A stretch of DNA of 25,636 nt from Acaryochloridaceae cyanobacterium VAR_48_metabat_390 (GCA_031422435.1 JANPLU010000015.1:1-25636); one strand, 5' to 3'; shown: positions 1-9,181, numbered from the stretch's first letter. Numbers and translations: made by a program. The notes: a model not told the origin generated them from the letters alone.

Positions 1-1180
1 CTCTAAAGGGAGAGCAGGTAAAAGCGCAGTCCCCTTGGATCTTTTGGCAGTAAGGATGAAAATTCCACAACAGAGCCATCGCCCTTATGGCCAGACGTGT
101 AGAGTCATCAGAGCCATGAAAATATTGCATCTGATAAAGGATGCGGTCTTGATAGTTGATCAAGCGGTCAACTTGATTACTCGTTCTGTAAGCTTGAGGA
201 GCCTCAAAGGTCAGTTTGAATTGAGTTGCCTTGGTCTTGAGCGCCACCAGCTTGTTAAGGACGATTTCATGAGACACATGGGTGCTTGCCCATTCCTGAA
301 TTCGTCGTAAGCGTTGCCCAAACTGCCGTGGATTGAGTGCATGAAAGAGTCCCCATAGTTTATCTGTGACGTCTTTATAGAGCACCTTATCTCTACGGCA
401 ATGTTGTTGAATGCCAAGTACCGTATGCAGGAAACACAGCATCAACGTTATCCCTGGGAATAGGGTTTTCCAGGCTTGTTGGGTTGCGTCCCATCCGTCG
501 GTGTTCACCGTCTCAGGACAATAGGCTGGGTTGAGCGCCAAAGCTTCTTGCTGAAATTCTCTGTAGGCTTGGGTCAACCCCGTTTCGTCTGCACTGTGAG
601 CTATCCCAACCCCTAAAAAGCATTCTTTGGCAGCAGTCACGGCAATGTAGATTCGTTTTCCCAGCCATCGACTATGTTTTTCATCTCCAACAAGGTTAGG
701 GGGGGAAAGCCGACGAGTCTTTGACCGTCGCTCCGACAATTGAGATGCGCCCTAAAGCTTGGGTCGCGTTGTACCAATACATGGCGTTATGGCCTAAGAC
801 ATGGGCAATGGCCTCATAAGGCACTCCATAACGTCGCAGGTACAGTCCTTTTTCAACCGCTTCAGTATGACCAATCATATAGGGCATTACGCTGTCAGGA
901 CGCAGTTGGTAAGCTTGGCGATTACTTTTGAGACGAATTCGGCGGGTGCGTAGGTGCAGTTTGTCCGATTCAACGAATCCGTGAAAGCAATATCCTTGAC
1001 TGATCTCGGCTGGAAACAATTCAGGGTGTTTTGCAATGAGTCCGTCGAGATAGGCGCGATACCGTAGGGTATCTTCGACAAATACTGGATACTCAACATC
1101 CGGTGGCATCGGCAGACAAATTGTTTTGTCTCCTGATGTGCTTCGGGCTTTGCGTTTTGACCTAGGACTGCTCCTCTGAA
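1..1180 (-). pseudogene. DDE-type IS transposase (unclassified family), split by a +1 frameshift in a C7 run; runs off the left window edge
   Basis: ORF 696..1109 ends ...TVKDSSAFPP* at GCT TTC CCC CCC TAA. The +1 frame continues open to base 1: NLVGDEKHSRWLGKRIYIAV...ETVNTDGWDATQQAW...CFLH...RTSNQVDRLINYQDR, which has DDE-like acidic motifs and a CxxH motif. The first frame is also open upstream of 1109 (GDKTICLP), so the start is uncertain. Confidence 0.7.
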
Positions 1181-1249
1181 CTCGCCCACAACAACCATTT
1201 TATCAAACACAAACTAGCTTAGAACCAGGAATGTTAGGCGAATACCCCT

Positions 1250-1366
1250 ATCCCTGGGCAAAGCACAGAAATGACCCATTGGGTTAAATTTACGCTGCCC
1301 GCGTGAGTAACCGCAATCACTAGCCAGAGACAGGTGGTCAAATGGCTTAGATGTGGCCAATCACAG
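1250..1366 (-). pseudogene. N-terminal remnant of an IS4-like transposase
   Basis: Part of ORF 1234..1437: CDWPHLSHLTTCLWLVIAVTHAGSVNLTQWVISVLCPG resembles the N-terminus of cyanobacterial IS4-family transposases (recalled similarity, not searched). The similarity stops next to the adjacent element. Confidence 0.5.
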
Positions 1367-1533
1367 ATCTTAAAAATCCCTTGACTATTGAATCCCTCAT
1401 AAATTACTTTATGTTCAGCAACCAGAGCTTGCCGCACTTCAGAGTCGAATTAGCAAGTTTCCTTACGCTCTGGGCTCCTAGATTTTCCACTTAAAATTTT
1501 GTCAGTCAAACAGATTCCAGCTCAAGCGGTACG

Positions 1534-1635
1534 GCAGTCCTAAATCATTTGTAAATGTCTAAACCTGAAAAGCTTGTAAGACAGACATTTTATGCCTAGG
1601 CAGGATCCCATAATTCACGAGTCATTCAGGACTGC
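1534..1635. mobile_element. MITE-like element with imperfect terminal inverted repeats
   Basis: The left end GCAGTCCTAAATCATTTGTAA matches the reverse complement of the right end, GCAGTCCTGAATGACTCGTGA, at 16/21 positions. The element is ~100 bp, non-coding, and resembles dispersed cyanobacterial repeats. Confidence 0.55.
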
Positions 1636-2032
1636 TGTTGACGATGTTCGCGAAGCACTCAAAATGGTCTAATTTAATGCTAGAGACTTGCCTTTTGATT
1701 TACTAATACGTTATTATTGGCTTGATATTCGCGCTGTTATAGAGAATTTAACGTAATTTTTTGAAATGTCAAGAAGCGTGAATTTCCATAAATACTTCTT
1801 CTGAGATATGTATGGAAATTGTTAAGATTGAGCTTAAAGCAGTTCATGAGATATCAGGCTCAAAGGCTGTTCTTTATTGTCCTGTTTGAATTTTGAATTC
1901 TTAAAAGCTTTGATCGTTTCGCTTTCGCTTGATTTTTTGGAAGGCTACTTTTGTGCGCAGTGTTGTTGTGTGTTTTCCTGCGATGTTAGCCCAGTCAAAA
2001 TCAAATCAGTCAAAATATAGGATCATTGCATC

Positions 2033-3250
2033 ATGAAAAACCTCCATGTAAATATTGCTCTGTCTGCATTTAGCTTGACAGCTTCAATATTAGTTGGGTC
2101 ACTGTCTGCCTCTGCCCAAGCCATTGCTGATAGTGTCGTTGACAACACTTCTCCAAATGCCCGCATTAGCAAGACTCAGCTTCTAAACCTCAAAGCTCAC
2201 AAAAACTCACTCACGCCACCCAACACTGCATCGGTAAAGCCTGCTGCTGCTACTAGATCGACGGGAACACCTGGTGTAAAGGCAGAATCGGGTGCTACAA
2301 CGTCAGGAACCCGAGCTTTTGGGACTTTTGGTGTGCCTTACACTTCAAAACGAGTTTCTCATCAGCCGACTTCAGCCGTTGCGTCAAGTGCTGGCGGATA
2401 CTTGAGTGCCACTTACCCCTATCGGGCGATCGGCCGGCTCAACTTTAACACAGGCTCTGGAGGAAGCTTTTGTTCTGCTAGCTTGATTCGTAAAAGTGTT
2501 CTGGTGACTGCGGCTCATTGCATCCAAAACTTTGGATCTGGTACTACTATTTACTCCGGCTTTACCTATATCCCCGCCTTTTACAACGGTGCAGCACCCT
2601 ACGGGGCATGGACTTGGCAAACGCTGGTAAGGCCAGGTTCTTGGGCGAGTGGTACAGATATTGGCAGTGGCGCCGCCAGAGACAACGATCTTGCAGTCAT
2701 TGCCTTGCGCAAAAATGCCAATAATCAGTTTATTGGAGATGTCACGGGTTACTTCGGTTATGGTTGGAATAATTATTCCTTCGTTAGCTCTAGTCGAACC
2801 GGAAATCTAGCTGTTGCAGCACTCTCTACCTTAGGGTTCCCAGGCCTACTGGATGCGGGTCGAATTTTGCAAAGAACTGATGGTCCAAGCTACCAAACCA
2901 TCATTTCTGGAGCGGGTCAAATTTATCAAGGCAGTAATCTAACAGGTGGTTCTAGTGGTGGCCCTTGGATGGCAAATCTAGGTTATCAGAACCCTGCCTT
3001 TTCAGGCGGAGCAACGGCTGGCCTTGCGGCTAACGGTAATGTTGTTGTTGGCGTTACATCTTGGGGTACCGCAGATCCTAATACGCCTAAGGATAACTAC
3101 TCATCTCAGTTCAGACAAAATAGCCGTTATCCCAATGCGGCTTACGGTGTCTATGGAGCAGGGAATATTGGATCTTTGCTCAATACATTGTGTACTTCTA
3201 GCCCCGCAGGTAGCGCATCGACCTACGCCCAGCTTGGCTATTGCAACTAG
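2033..3250 (+). CDS. Secreted trypsin-like (S1/V8-type) serine protease
   Basis: Signal-peptide-like N-terminus (..SASAQA). Catalytic motifs CSASLI..VTAAHC (His), DNDLAVI (Asp) and GGSSGGP (Ser). Confidence 0.9.
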   Translation: MKNLHVNIALSAFSLTASILVGSLSASAQAIADSVVDNTSPNARISKTQLLNLKAHKNSLTPPNTASVKPAAATRSTGTPGVKAESGATTSGTRAFGTFGVPYTSKRVSHQPTSAVASSAGGYLSATYPYRAIGRLNFNTGSGGSFCSASLIRKSVLVTAAHCIQNFGSGTTIYSGFTYIPAFYNGAAPYGAWTWQTLVRPGSWASGTDIGSGAARDNDLAVIALRKNANNQFIGDVTGYFGYGWNNYSFVSSSRTGNLAVAALSTLGFPGLLDAGRILQRTDGPSYQTIISGAGQIYQGSNLTGGSSGGPWMANLGYQNPAFSGGATAGLAANGNVVVGVTSWGTADPNTPKDNYSSQFRQNSRYPNAAYGVYGAGNIGSLLNTLCTSSPAGSASTYAQLGYCN

Positions 3251-3289
3251 GCGAAGATGATCGTTTTGCTTAGAACTTAGGGTCTTATG

Positions 3290-3322
3290 GGGCTTGATGA
3301 TTTATCGTCAAGCCCTAATTTA
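3290..3322 (+). terminator. Intrinsic terminator-like hairpin after the protease gene
   Basis: GGGCTTGATGA-ttta-TCGTCAAGCCC is an 11-bp stem with one G-U pair, followed by an A/T-rich tail. Confidence 0.6.
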
Positions 3323-3469
3323 TGGGGTTGTTCCATTTTTAGAAACGATAGAAGGAAATTGAGATCGGTCTGCAATCATGAAAGGAGAGAGAATCTACAA
3401 GGATCTCAACAAACGGGTTCATTGATAGATCAAGCTCATTGAAATAACTCCCCATAAGCGGATGTAAGT

Positions 3470-4063
3470 ATGAAAAAGCAACTTTGGAATGCGGCGGCTG
3501 ACTCTCAACCCAATTGGCTCCCTAGGTTTTTGTCAGCACTTACCTTTGCGATACTATTCACTGCCGTAGGGGTAGTAGTTTATAGGCATCCAAAAGCGAA
3601 TGCTCAGGATACAGTTATACATTCAACTCCCAGTAGTGATTTACCTATGGAAAATCAGTCTTCTAATTCTCGGATTGGTTCTACCTGGGTACTCCTTTCT
3701 TGGCAAAAATCAGGACGTGTTCAGAACTTGGTGATGGGTAAAACACTTACCGCAACCTTTACGCCAGATATGATCAGTGGAAATAGTGGATGTAATCGTT
3801 ATAGTGCCTTTTATGAGATAAAGTCGTCCGATTACATTGCCGTAGGTTCCGTTATGTCTACTCGCATGGCTTGCATAGAACCAGAATTAATGCGGCAAGA
3901 GGCTGAGTTTATCGCCGCACTGAAGGGCGCTCAGGTTTTGAATAGCGATCGCAGTGGAAATTTGATTCTGCAATATAAAACAGAAGAAGGAGAAATGGGA
4001 TCCCTGACCTTTAGGGCAAACTCGATAGATTCTACCTCACAGTCCGCCCCCTGCAATAAATAG
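3470..4063 (+). CDS. META domain (HslJ-like) membrane-anchored/secreted protein
   Basis: N-terminal hydrophobic segment, followed by the W.L..., ISGNSGCNRY and STRMAC motifs typical of META domains. Confidence 0.85.
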   Translation: MKKQLWNAAADSQPNWLPRFLSALTFAILFTAVGVVVYRHPKANAQDTVIHSTPSSDLPMENQSSNSRIGSTWVLLSWQKSGRVQNLVMGKTLTATFTPDMISGNSGCNRYSAFYEIKSSDYIAVGSVMSTRMACIEPELMRQEAEFIAALKGAQVLNSDRSGNLILQYKTEEGEMGSLTFRANSIDSTSQSAPCNK

Positions 4064-4308
4064 TTGAATTCTGGATTATTTGCAGAAGAATCGGTTAATT
4101 CGGTATGACTCGCGCCATAAATAGAGAAGGTGTTTTGATGCCTTTGTTTACTTGGCGATCATTCACATCTGGATTAATAAACTTATATTAGTGGGATAGG
4201 TCCTTGGACCAAAACGCCTTTTTCATCATTGCCTTACGACTTTTATCAGCAGATTAAATGTTAGTTTGCTAATAATGGCGGTATTACGATTTTCTAAAGT
4301 AGACCAGC

Positions 4309-7300
4309 ATGAATGAGGTAGATACGGGGCGGGTTCAGGGTTTTCTTAAGAAGTGGCTGGGTTCTGAGGGGAATGAACGGGCGAATTATCAAACGTTTTT
4401 TGGCGATTTCTGCATTGCGTTAGGGGTTGAGGGGCCGCCACCCAAGGGAAGTGGGGAGGGCGATCGCTATTGCTTCGACAAAAATATCAAGTTCTACACC
4501 GAGAAGGCTGAGACGACGAGGTTTGCAGACTTTTACAAAGAAGGTCACTTTTTAGTTGAGGCGAAGCAGGGCAGTACAGATTCGAGTAAGGGGCACGGGA
4601 AGCGTGGGACGAAGACCTACAAGGACGCGATGCAGAAGGCGTTTAACCAGGCGAAGTCTTATGCCTACAACCGGATGCTGCCATCGCTGCCACCGTTTTT
4701 GATGACGTGTGACATTGGCTCCCATTTTGAGGTGTGGGAGGGGTTTAGTGGGGAATACGGCAGTTATGGCGCGCGCAAGCAGATCAATCTGAATGATTTG
4801 GTGCAGCCGGAGGTGTTTGACCGCTTTGTGGCAATTTTCACCGATCCGCAGTCGCTGAACCCAGAGAAGTATCGAGCGCGAGTGACTCGGGAGGTGGCGG
4901 CGGAGTTGGCGAAGCTGTCGCGGTGGCTGGAGGAGCAGGGACGAGAACCCCACGAGACGGCTAATTTTTTAATGCGCTGCATTTTTACGATGTTTGCGGA
5001 GGATGTGGAGCTGCTGAAGGGGGAGGTGTTTACGAAGGCGTTGCGCGATCGCTGGATTCCGAACCCGGAGACCTTTAAGCCTGAGATTGAGGCGTTGTGG
5101 CAAACGATGAACACAGGGGGTACGTTTGGGTTTGAGCGCATTCTGAAGTTTAACGGCAGCTTTTTTGAGGATGCGACGGCGTTTGAGTTGCCGAGGGCGC
5201 AGCTTGAGGTGCTGTATGCGGCGGCAGCGAAGGATTGGAGCCAGGTGGAGCCTGCTATTTTTGGGACGCTGCTAGAACGCGCACTAGAGAAGAAGGAGCG
5301 CAGCCGATTGGGGGCGCACTATACGCCGCGCTCGTATGTGGAGCGGCTGGTGCGTCCAGTGGTGATGGAGCCGTTGCGCCAGCAGTGGGATGAGGTGGAG
5401 CTTGAGCTAAAGCGGATTTTAGAGACAACGGCGGGGCAGGAGCCGACGGCGGCACAGCGGAAGAAGGCGGAGCAGGAGATTCAGGATTTTTTGGCGGAGT
5501 TACGACAGGTGCGGATTTTGGATCCGGCTTGCGGGACGGGGAATTTTTTGTATGTGACGCTGGATTTGCTGAAGGGGCTGGAGCAGGAGGCGATCGCCCG
5601 TCTAATCGACATTGCTGGCGAGGTACAGCTTGGGCTGGAGCAGATTAACCCGTCGCAGTTTTTGGGGATTGAGATTAATCCACGGGCGGCGGCGATCGCG
5701 GAGCTGGTGATTTGGATTGGCTATTTGCAATGGTATTTCAAGCGTTATGGCAATGCGGCACCGCCGGAGCCTGTGTTGCAGGCGTTTGGCAATATTGAGT
5801 GTCGGGATGCGGTGTTGGCCTATGACGGCACGGAGCCGGATGTGGATGCGAAGACGGGGGAGGTGAGGACGCGCTGGGGTGGGCGGATGATGCACCATCC
5901 GGTGACGGGGGAGGATGTGCCGGATCCGAGCGATCGGGTGGTGATTTATCGGTATTTAAATGCGCGGGCGGCGGAGTGGCCGGAGGCGGATTATGTGGTG
6001 TCGAATCCGCCGTTTATTGGGAATGCAAGGATGAGGGAAGCACTTGGTGACGGTTATGCCGAAAAACTACGTGAAACTTATCAGGATGTGCCTGAAACCG
6101 TTGATTTTGTTATGTACTGGTGGCACAAAGCAGCAGAACTAACAAGAAGAGATGAATTCAAAAGATTTGGTTTTATCACAACTAATAGTATTCCCCAAAT
6201 TCGCCAAAGAAAGGTTATTGAATTTCATCAAAACCAGCAGGATTCTATTCGTATGGTCTTTGCCATAGCGGATCATCCTTGGATTGATGAAGGTGCAGAT
6301 GTCAGAATTGCTATGACTGTTGGCGAAAAGAATTTATCTATGAAAGTTGTATCAATCTCTGAGCTAGGAAATATTCTTTCCGAAGAAGATGGAGAAACCC
6401 CTGAACAAAAAGCTGAAAACGTAAAAATTTATTGGAAGAGAGTCAGTTTAATTCTCAGCAACCTTAGTTCTGGAGCAGATGTAACGAAAATCAGCCCGCT
6501 AGCAGCAAACTGTAATCTTTCTAGTAGAGGCGTGATGATTAATGGCTCTGGTTTCCTCCTTGAAGAAAATGATTTTGAAAAGGTTGAGTCTGATATTCTC
6601 TTTCCCTATTTGAATGGTAGAGATTTAATGCAATTCTCACGTAATACGAGAGTCATAGATTTATTTGGAAAAAATATTTTGGAAATCAAGACGCAATACC
6701 CTAAAGCTTATCAATGGATTTTAGAAAGGGTAAAACCAAAACGAAAGACTAGTAACGATAAGAGGCTGCGTGAAGAATGGTGGAACTTTGAGAGGCCGCG
6801 CCCTGAAATTCGTGATGCACTCAAAAAACTATCTCGCTATATAGCAACCGTAGAAACTAGTAAGCATCGAGTATTTACATTCTTTGATCGCAATATAGTT
6901 CCTGACAATATGCTGGTCATAATTGCGCTTGATGATGCCTATTTTTTAGGAATCCTTTCTTGCTTTATTCATAGAGCTTGGTGCTTGGCAAATGGTGGAT
7001 CATTAGGTGTCTATATTGGGAATATTCGTTATAACAATACCCGTTTATTAGATACTTTTCCCTTTCAATATACTACGCATGAGCAAAAGCAAAAAATTCG
7101 TGAGTTGGGCGATCGCCTTGACACCCATCGCAAACAAGTCCAAGCCGCCTATCCAGAAATCACCATCACCGGAATGTATAACCTGCTTGAAAAACTGCGA
7201 TCGGGTCAGCCGTTTACAGATGGTGATCGTGAGTACAACAATAAAGCGCTGGTTTCTACGCTGAAGCAAATCCATGATGAATTGGATGTGGCGGTGTTGG

Positions 7301-8382
7301 AGGCGTATGGTTGGCAAGATTTGGTGCCGCTGCTAAGCCCCTCACCCCTAGCCCCTCTCCCAGCGGGAGAGGGGAACCGGAAAGATGTTAACCCGTCCGA
7401 CTGGGACAGTGAATTCTCTCATCTAGCAGGTCGCTGGCGACAGATACCTGAAGCCTTTCTGCAACGGGTGCGGCAACTGCGACAGCAGCAAACCCCCGCC
7501 GAGCAATTCCTATGGGAACTCCTGCGCGATCGCCGTTTCCTAAATGCAAAATTCCGCCGTCAACATACCCTTGGCTCCTACATCGCAGACTTCTACTGCC
7601 ACCAAGCCCACCTAGTCATTGAGCTAGACGGCAGCATCCACCAAAGCCAAACCCTCAGAGATCAAGATCGAGATCAGTGGATGCAGGCCAATGGAGTAAC
7701 CGTACTGCGCTTTTCTAACGATGCCGTTTATCACCAAACTGCGGAAGTATTGAATGCGATCGCAGAATTAATATGCCCCTCCCCCCCTTCGACAAGCTCC
7801 CTATTGCCAAAGGCAAGGCTACGCCAACGACAGCCTCAGGACACAGCAAGGCAACGCCTAGCCCCTCACCCAAAAGTAGAGGAAAACCAGATCATGCCCC
7901 CTTCTCCCGCTGGGAGAAGGGCTGGGGATGAGGGGCAATCCATGAATGAAAAATCCTCAGACGAAACCCTCCTCGAACGCCTCGTTGCCCTCAACGCCGA
8001 ACGTGCCGCCGAAGAACGCAACGGCCTTATCCGCTGGCTGCGCCCCGAATACCAAGCCCCCGACCAAGCCAAACCCACCCAAACCACCCTTGAAGGCATA
8101 GACATTGAAGCAGAAACCGCCATCATCGCCCCCGTCGAACAGCAAAAATGGCCCACCCAACCCAAAGCCCAACTCACCGCCATCCGCGACCTACTGCGCA
8201 CCAGCAGCGGCGAATGGACAGCCCTACAAATCGCCAGCCAATTTACGGGACGCAACACCCAGAAAAAATTGGATGCCGTTAGAGAAAACTGTGATCGGCT
8301 GGAATGGTTTGGGCTACTTATCCGGCGCGAAGAAGGAGGTGTAGTGTATTGGCAATATGCCGAATTGCAACAAACCGCCTGA
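4309..8382 (+). CDS. MmeI-like (type IIL/IIG) fused restriction endonuclease-adenine methyltransferase with an inserted DUF559 domain
   Basis: N-terminal PD-(D/E)xK-like ADFYK..LVEAK motif, GAHYTP, motif I ILDPACGTGNF and motif IV SNPPF, a TRD region, and the conserved C-terminal 'H.ELD.AVLEAYGW...LLERLVALN' segment. Confidence 0.9.
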   Translation: MNEVDTGRVQGFLKKWLGSEGNERANYQTFFGDFCIALGVEGPPPKGSGEGDRYCFDKNIKFYTEKAETTRFADFYKEGHFLVEAKQGSTDSSKGHGKRGTKTYKDAMQKAFNQAKSYAYNRMLPSLPPFLMTCDIGSHFEVWEGFSGEYGSYGARKQINLNDLVQPEVFDRFVAIFTDPQSLNPEKYRARVTREVAAELAKLSRWLEEQGREPHETANFLMRCIFTMFAEDVELLKGEVFTKALRDRWIPNPETFKPEIEALWQTMNTGGTFGFERILKFNGSFFEDATAFELPRAQLEVLYAAAAKDWSQVEPAIFGTLLERALEKKERSRLGAHYTPRSYVERLVRPVVMEPLRQQWDEVELELKRILETTAGQEPTAAQRKKAEQEIQDFLAELRQVRILDPACGTGNFLYVTLDLLKGLEQEAIARLIDIAGEVQLGLEQINPSQFLGIEINPRAAAIAELVIWIGYLQWYFKRYGNAAPPEPVLQAFGNIECRDAVLAYDGTEPDVDAKTGEVRTRWGGRMMHHPVTGEDVPDPSDRVVIYRYLNARAAEWPEADYVVSNPPFIGNARMREALGDGYAEKLRETYQDVPETVDFVMYWWHKAAELTRRDEFKRFGFITTNSIPQIRQRKVIEFHQNQQDSIRMVFAIADHPWIDEGADVRIAMTVGEKNLSMKVVSISELGNILSEEDGETPEQKAENVKIYWKRVSLILSNLSSGADVTKISPLAANCNLSSRGVMINGSGFLLEENDFEKVESDILFPYLNGRDLMQFSRNTRVIDLFGKNILEIKTQYPKAYQWILERVKPKRKTSNDKRLREEWWNFERPRPEIRDALKKLSRYIATVETSKHRVFTFFDRNIVPDNMLVIIALDDAYFLGILSCFIHRAWCLANGGSLGVYIGNIRYNNTRLLDTFPFQYTTHEQKQKIRELGDRLDTHRKQVQAAYPEITITGMYNLLEKLRSGQPFTDGDREYNNKALVSTLKQIHDELDVAVLEAYGWQDLVPLLSPSPLAPLPAGEGNRKDVNPSDWDSEFSHLAGRWRQIPEAFLQRVRQLRQQQTPAEQFLWELLRDRRFLNAKFRRQHTLGSYIADFYCHQAHLVIELDGSIHQSQTLRDQDRDQWMQANGVTVLRFSNDAVYHQTAEVLNAIAELICPSPPSTSSLLPKARLRQRQPQDTARQRLAPHPKVEENQIMPPSPAGRRAGDEGQSMNEKSSDETLLERLVALNAERAAEERNGLIRWLRPEYQAPDQAKPTQTTLEGIDIEAETAIIAPVEQQKWPTQPKAQLTAIRDLLRTSSGEWTALQIASQFTGRNTQKKLDAVRENCDRLEWFGLLIRREEGGVVYWQYAELQQTA
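7337..7936 (+). mobile_element. 600-bp in-frame insertion: DUF559 (Vsr-like) endonuclease domain flanked by REP-like terminal inverted repeats
   Basis: The left repeat 7337-7374 and the right repeat ~7898-7936 are inverted copies (34/38 identical), and each contains its own hairpin. The interior encodes RQLRQQQTPAEQFLW..KFRRQH..YIADFYC..LVIELDGSIH..RD..VLRFSN. Confidence 0.75.
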
Positions 8383-8440
8383 AAAAAAGGAAACTACCAC
8401 CCTGTAACCCATCAAAAAAACAAATCACTACTAACAAATC

Positions 8441-8493
8441 TGTAAACGCGCCCGGATGGGATCGAACCATCGACTAACCGCTTAGAAGGCGGT
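8441..8493 (-). repeat. Duplicated 3' portion of tRNA-Arg (att-like direct repeat)
   Basis: 52/53 identical to 9176..9228, covering the anticodon arm through the 3' end plus 6 nt of flank. Confidence 0.92.
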
Positions 8494-8550
8494 CTATCAA
8501 CTTAGTAAAAACAAGGTTTTCACGAGTACAAGAAATTTTTTATCCCAAAC

Positions 8551-8956
8551 TTATCCCAGTTTTGCAGAATTTATCATTTTACTGAGGCCATTCAGAATGG
8601 GTTGATACTGATCAGGCGTTAACGTCCCTATGTAGCGGCTTACACGAGTCTTATCCAGCGATCGCGCCTGATCTAACAAAGCAATAGAGCGAGTAAGGTA
8701 AGCTCCCATCGCCTGCCGCCAAAACTGGATACAAAGCAGGGCATTGAATAGCCCATTGCTGCCCTCTAAAAGTTGTTAATGGAATCACCAGCAATATTGG
8801 GTAGCGTGGGGTTCCTAGCGCTTCTGGCACCCCTACAACGATAGCTGGGCGATATCCATGCTGCTCACGTCCAGCGGGAACCTGCTCAGGTAATGTTGCC
8901 ACAATGACATCCCCCACACCTAAAACATCATTCCCTACTCTGCTTACTGCCCTCAA
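8551..8956 (-). pseudogene. PemK/MazF-family toxin, frameshifted
   Basis: GDVIVATLP..GREQHGYRPAIVV..VIPLTT is the PemK signature. After AGCTTACCTTAC (~8690-8702) the expected C-terminus (SIALLDQARSLDKTRVSRYIGTLTPDQYQPILNGL...*) lies in the +1 frame and ends at 8551. The start codon is uncertain. Confidence 0.8.
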
Positions 8957-9122
8957 CGACGAAACCTACACCCTGTTGATAATGGATAAGCTTTCCCGTT
9001 GTCTGAGGGTTAGTATCTCCCCAGTCATAGGATTCCATCTCAGATAAATGAGAAAGGTCTGCATCTAGCCAGTTTTTGTCCTCTTGATCCATAGCCTTAA
9101 CTTCAATGGTTTTAGATTGCAT
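8928..9122 (-). CDS. Small acidic protein, putative antitoxin partner of the PemK gene
   Basis: 64 aa, acidic, with a GAGGGAGG ribosome-binding site upstream. It lies directly upstream of and overlaps the toxin ORF. Confidence 0.65.
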   Translation of the reverse strand: MQSKTIEVKAMDQEDKNWLDADLSHLSEMESYDWGDTNPQTTGKLIHYQQGVGFVVEGSKQSRE

Positions 9123-9181
9123 AAGTTCCTCCCTCGTTAGCCTTTCTATAGATCATTTCACTTAAATGCATGAATTGTAAA

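Noticed and set aside
35..417. ORFs 35..310 (+) and 211..417 (-)
   Set aside because: These are shadow frames of the transposase C-terminal half, which lies in another minus-strand frame.
4124..4224. Imperfect inverted repeat (AAGGTGTTTTG / CAAAACGCCTT) upstream of the R-M gene
   Set aside because: It is short, ~70 nt apart and in AT-rich DNA, so it cannot be distinguished from chance.
7337..7936. Intein or intron interpretation of the DUF559 insert
   Set aside because: There are no intein splice-junction motifs (C-terminal HN followed by C/S/T) and no group I/II intron features. The boundaries are DNA inverted repeats.
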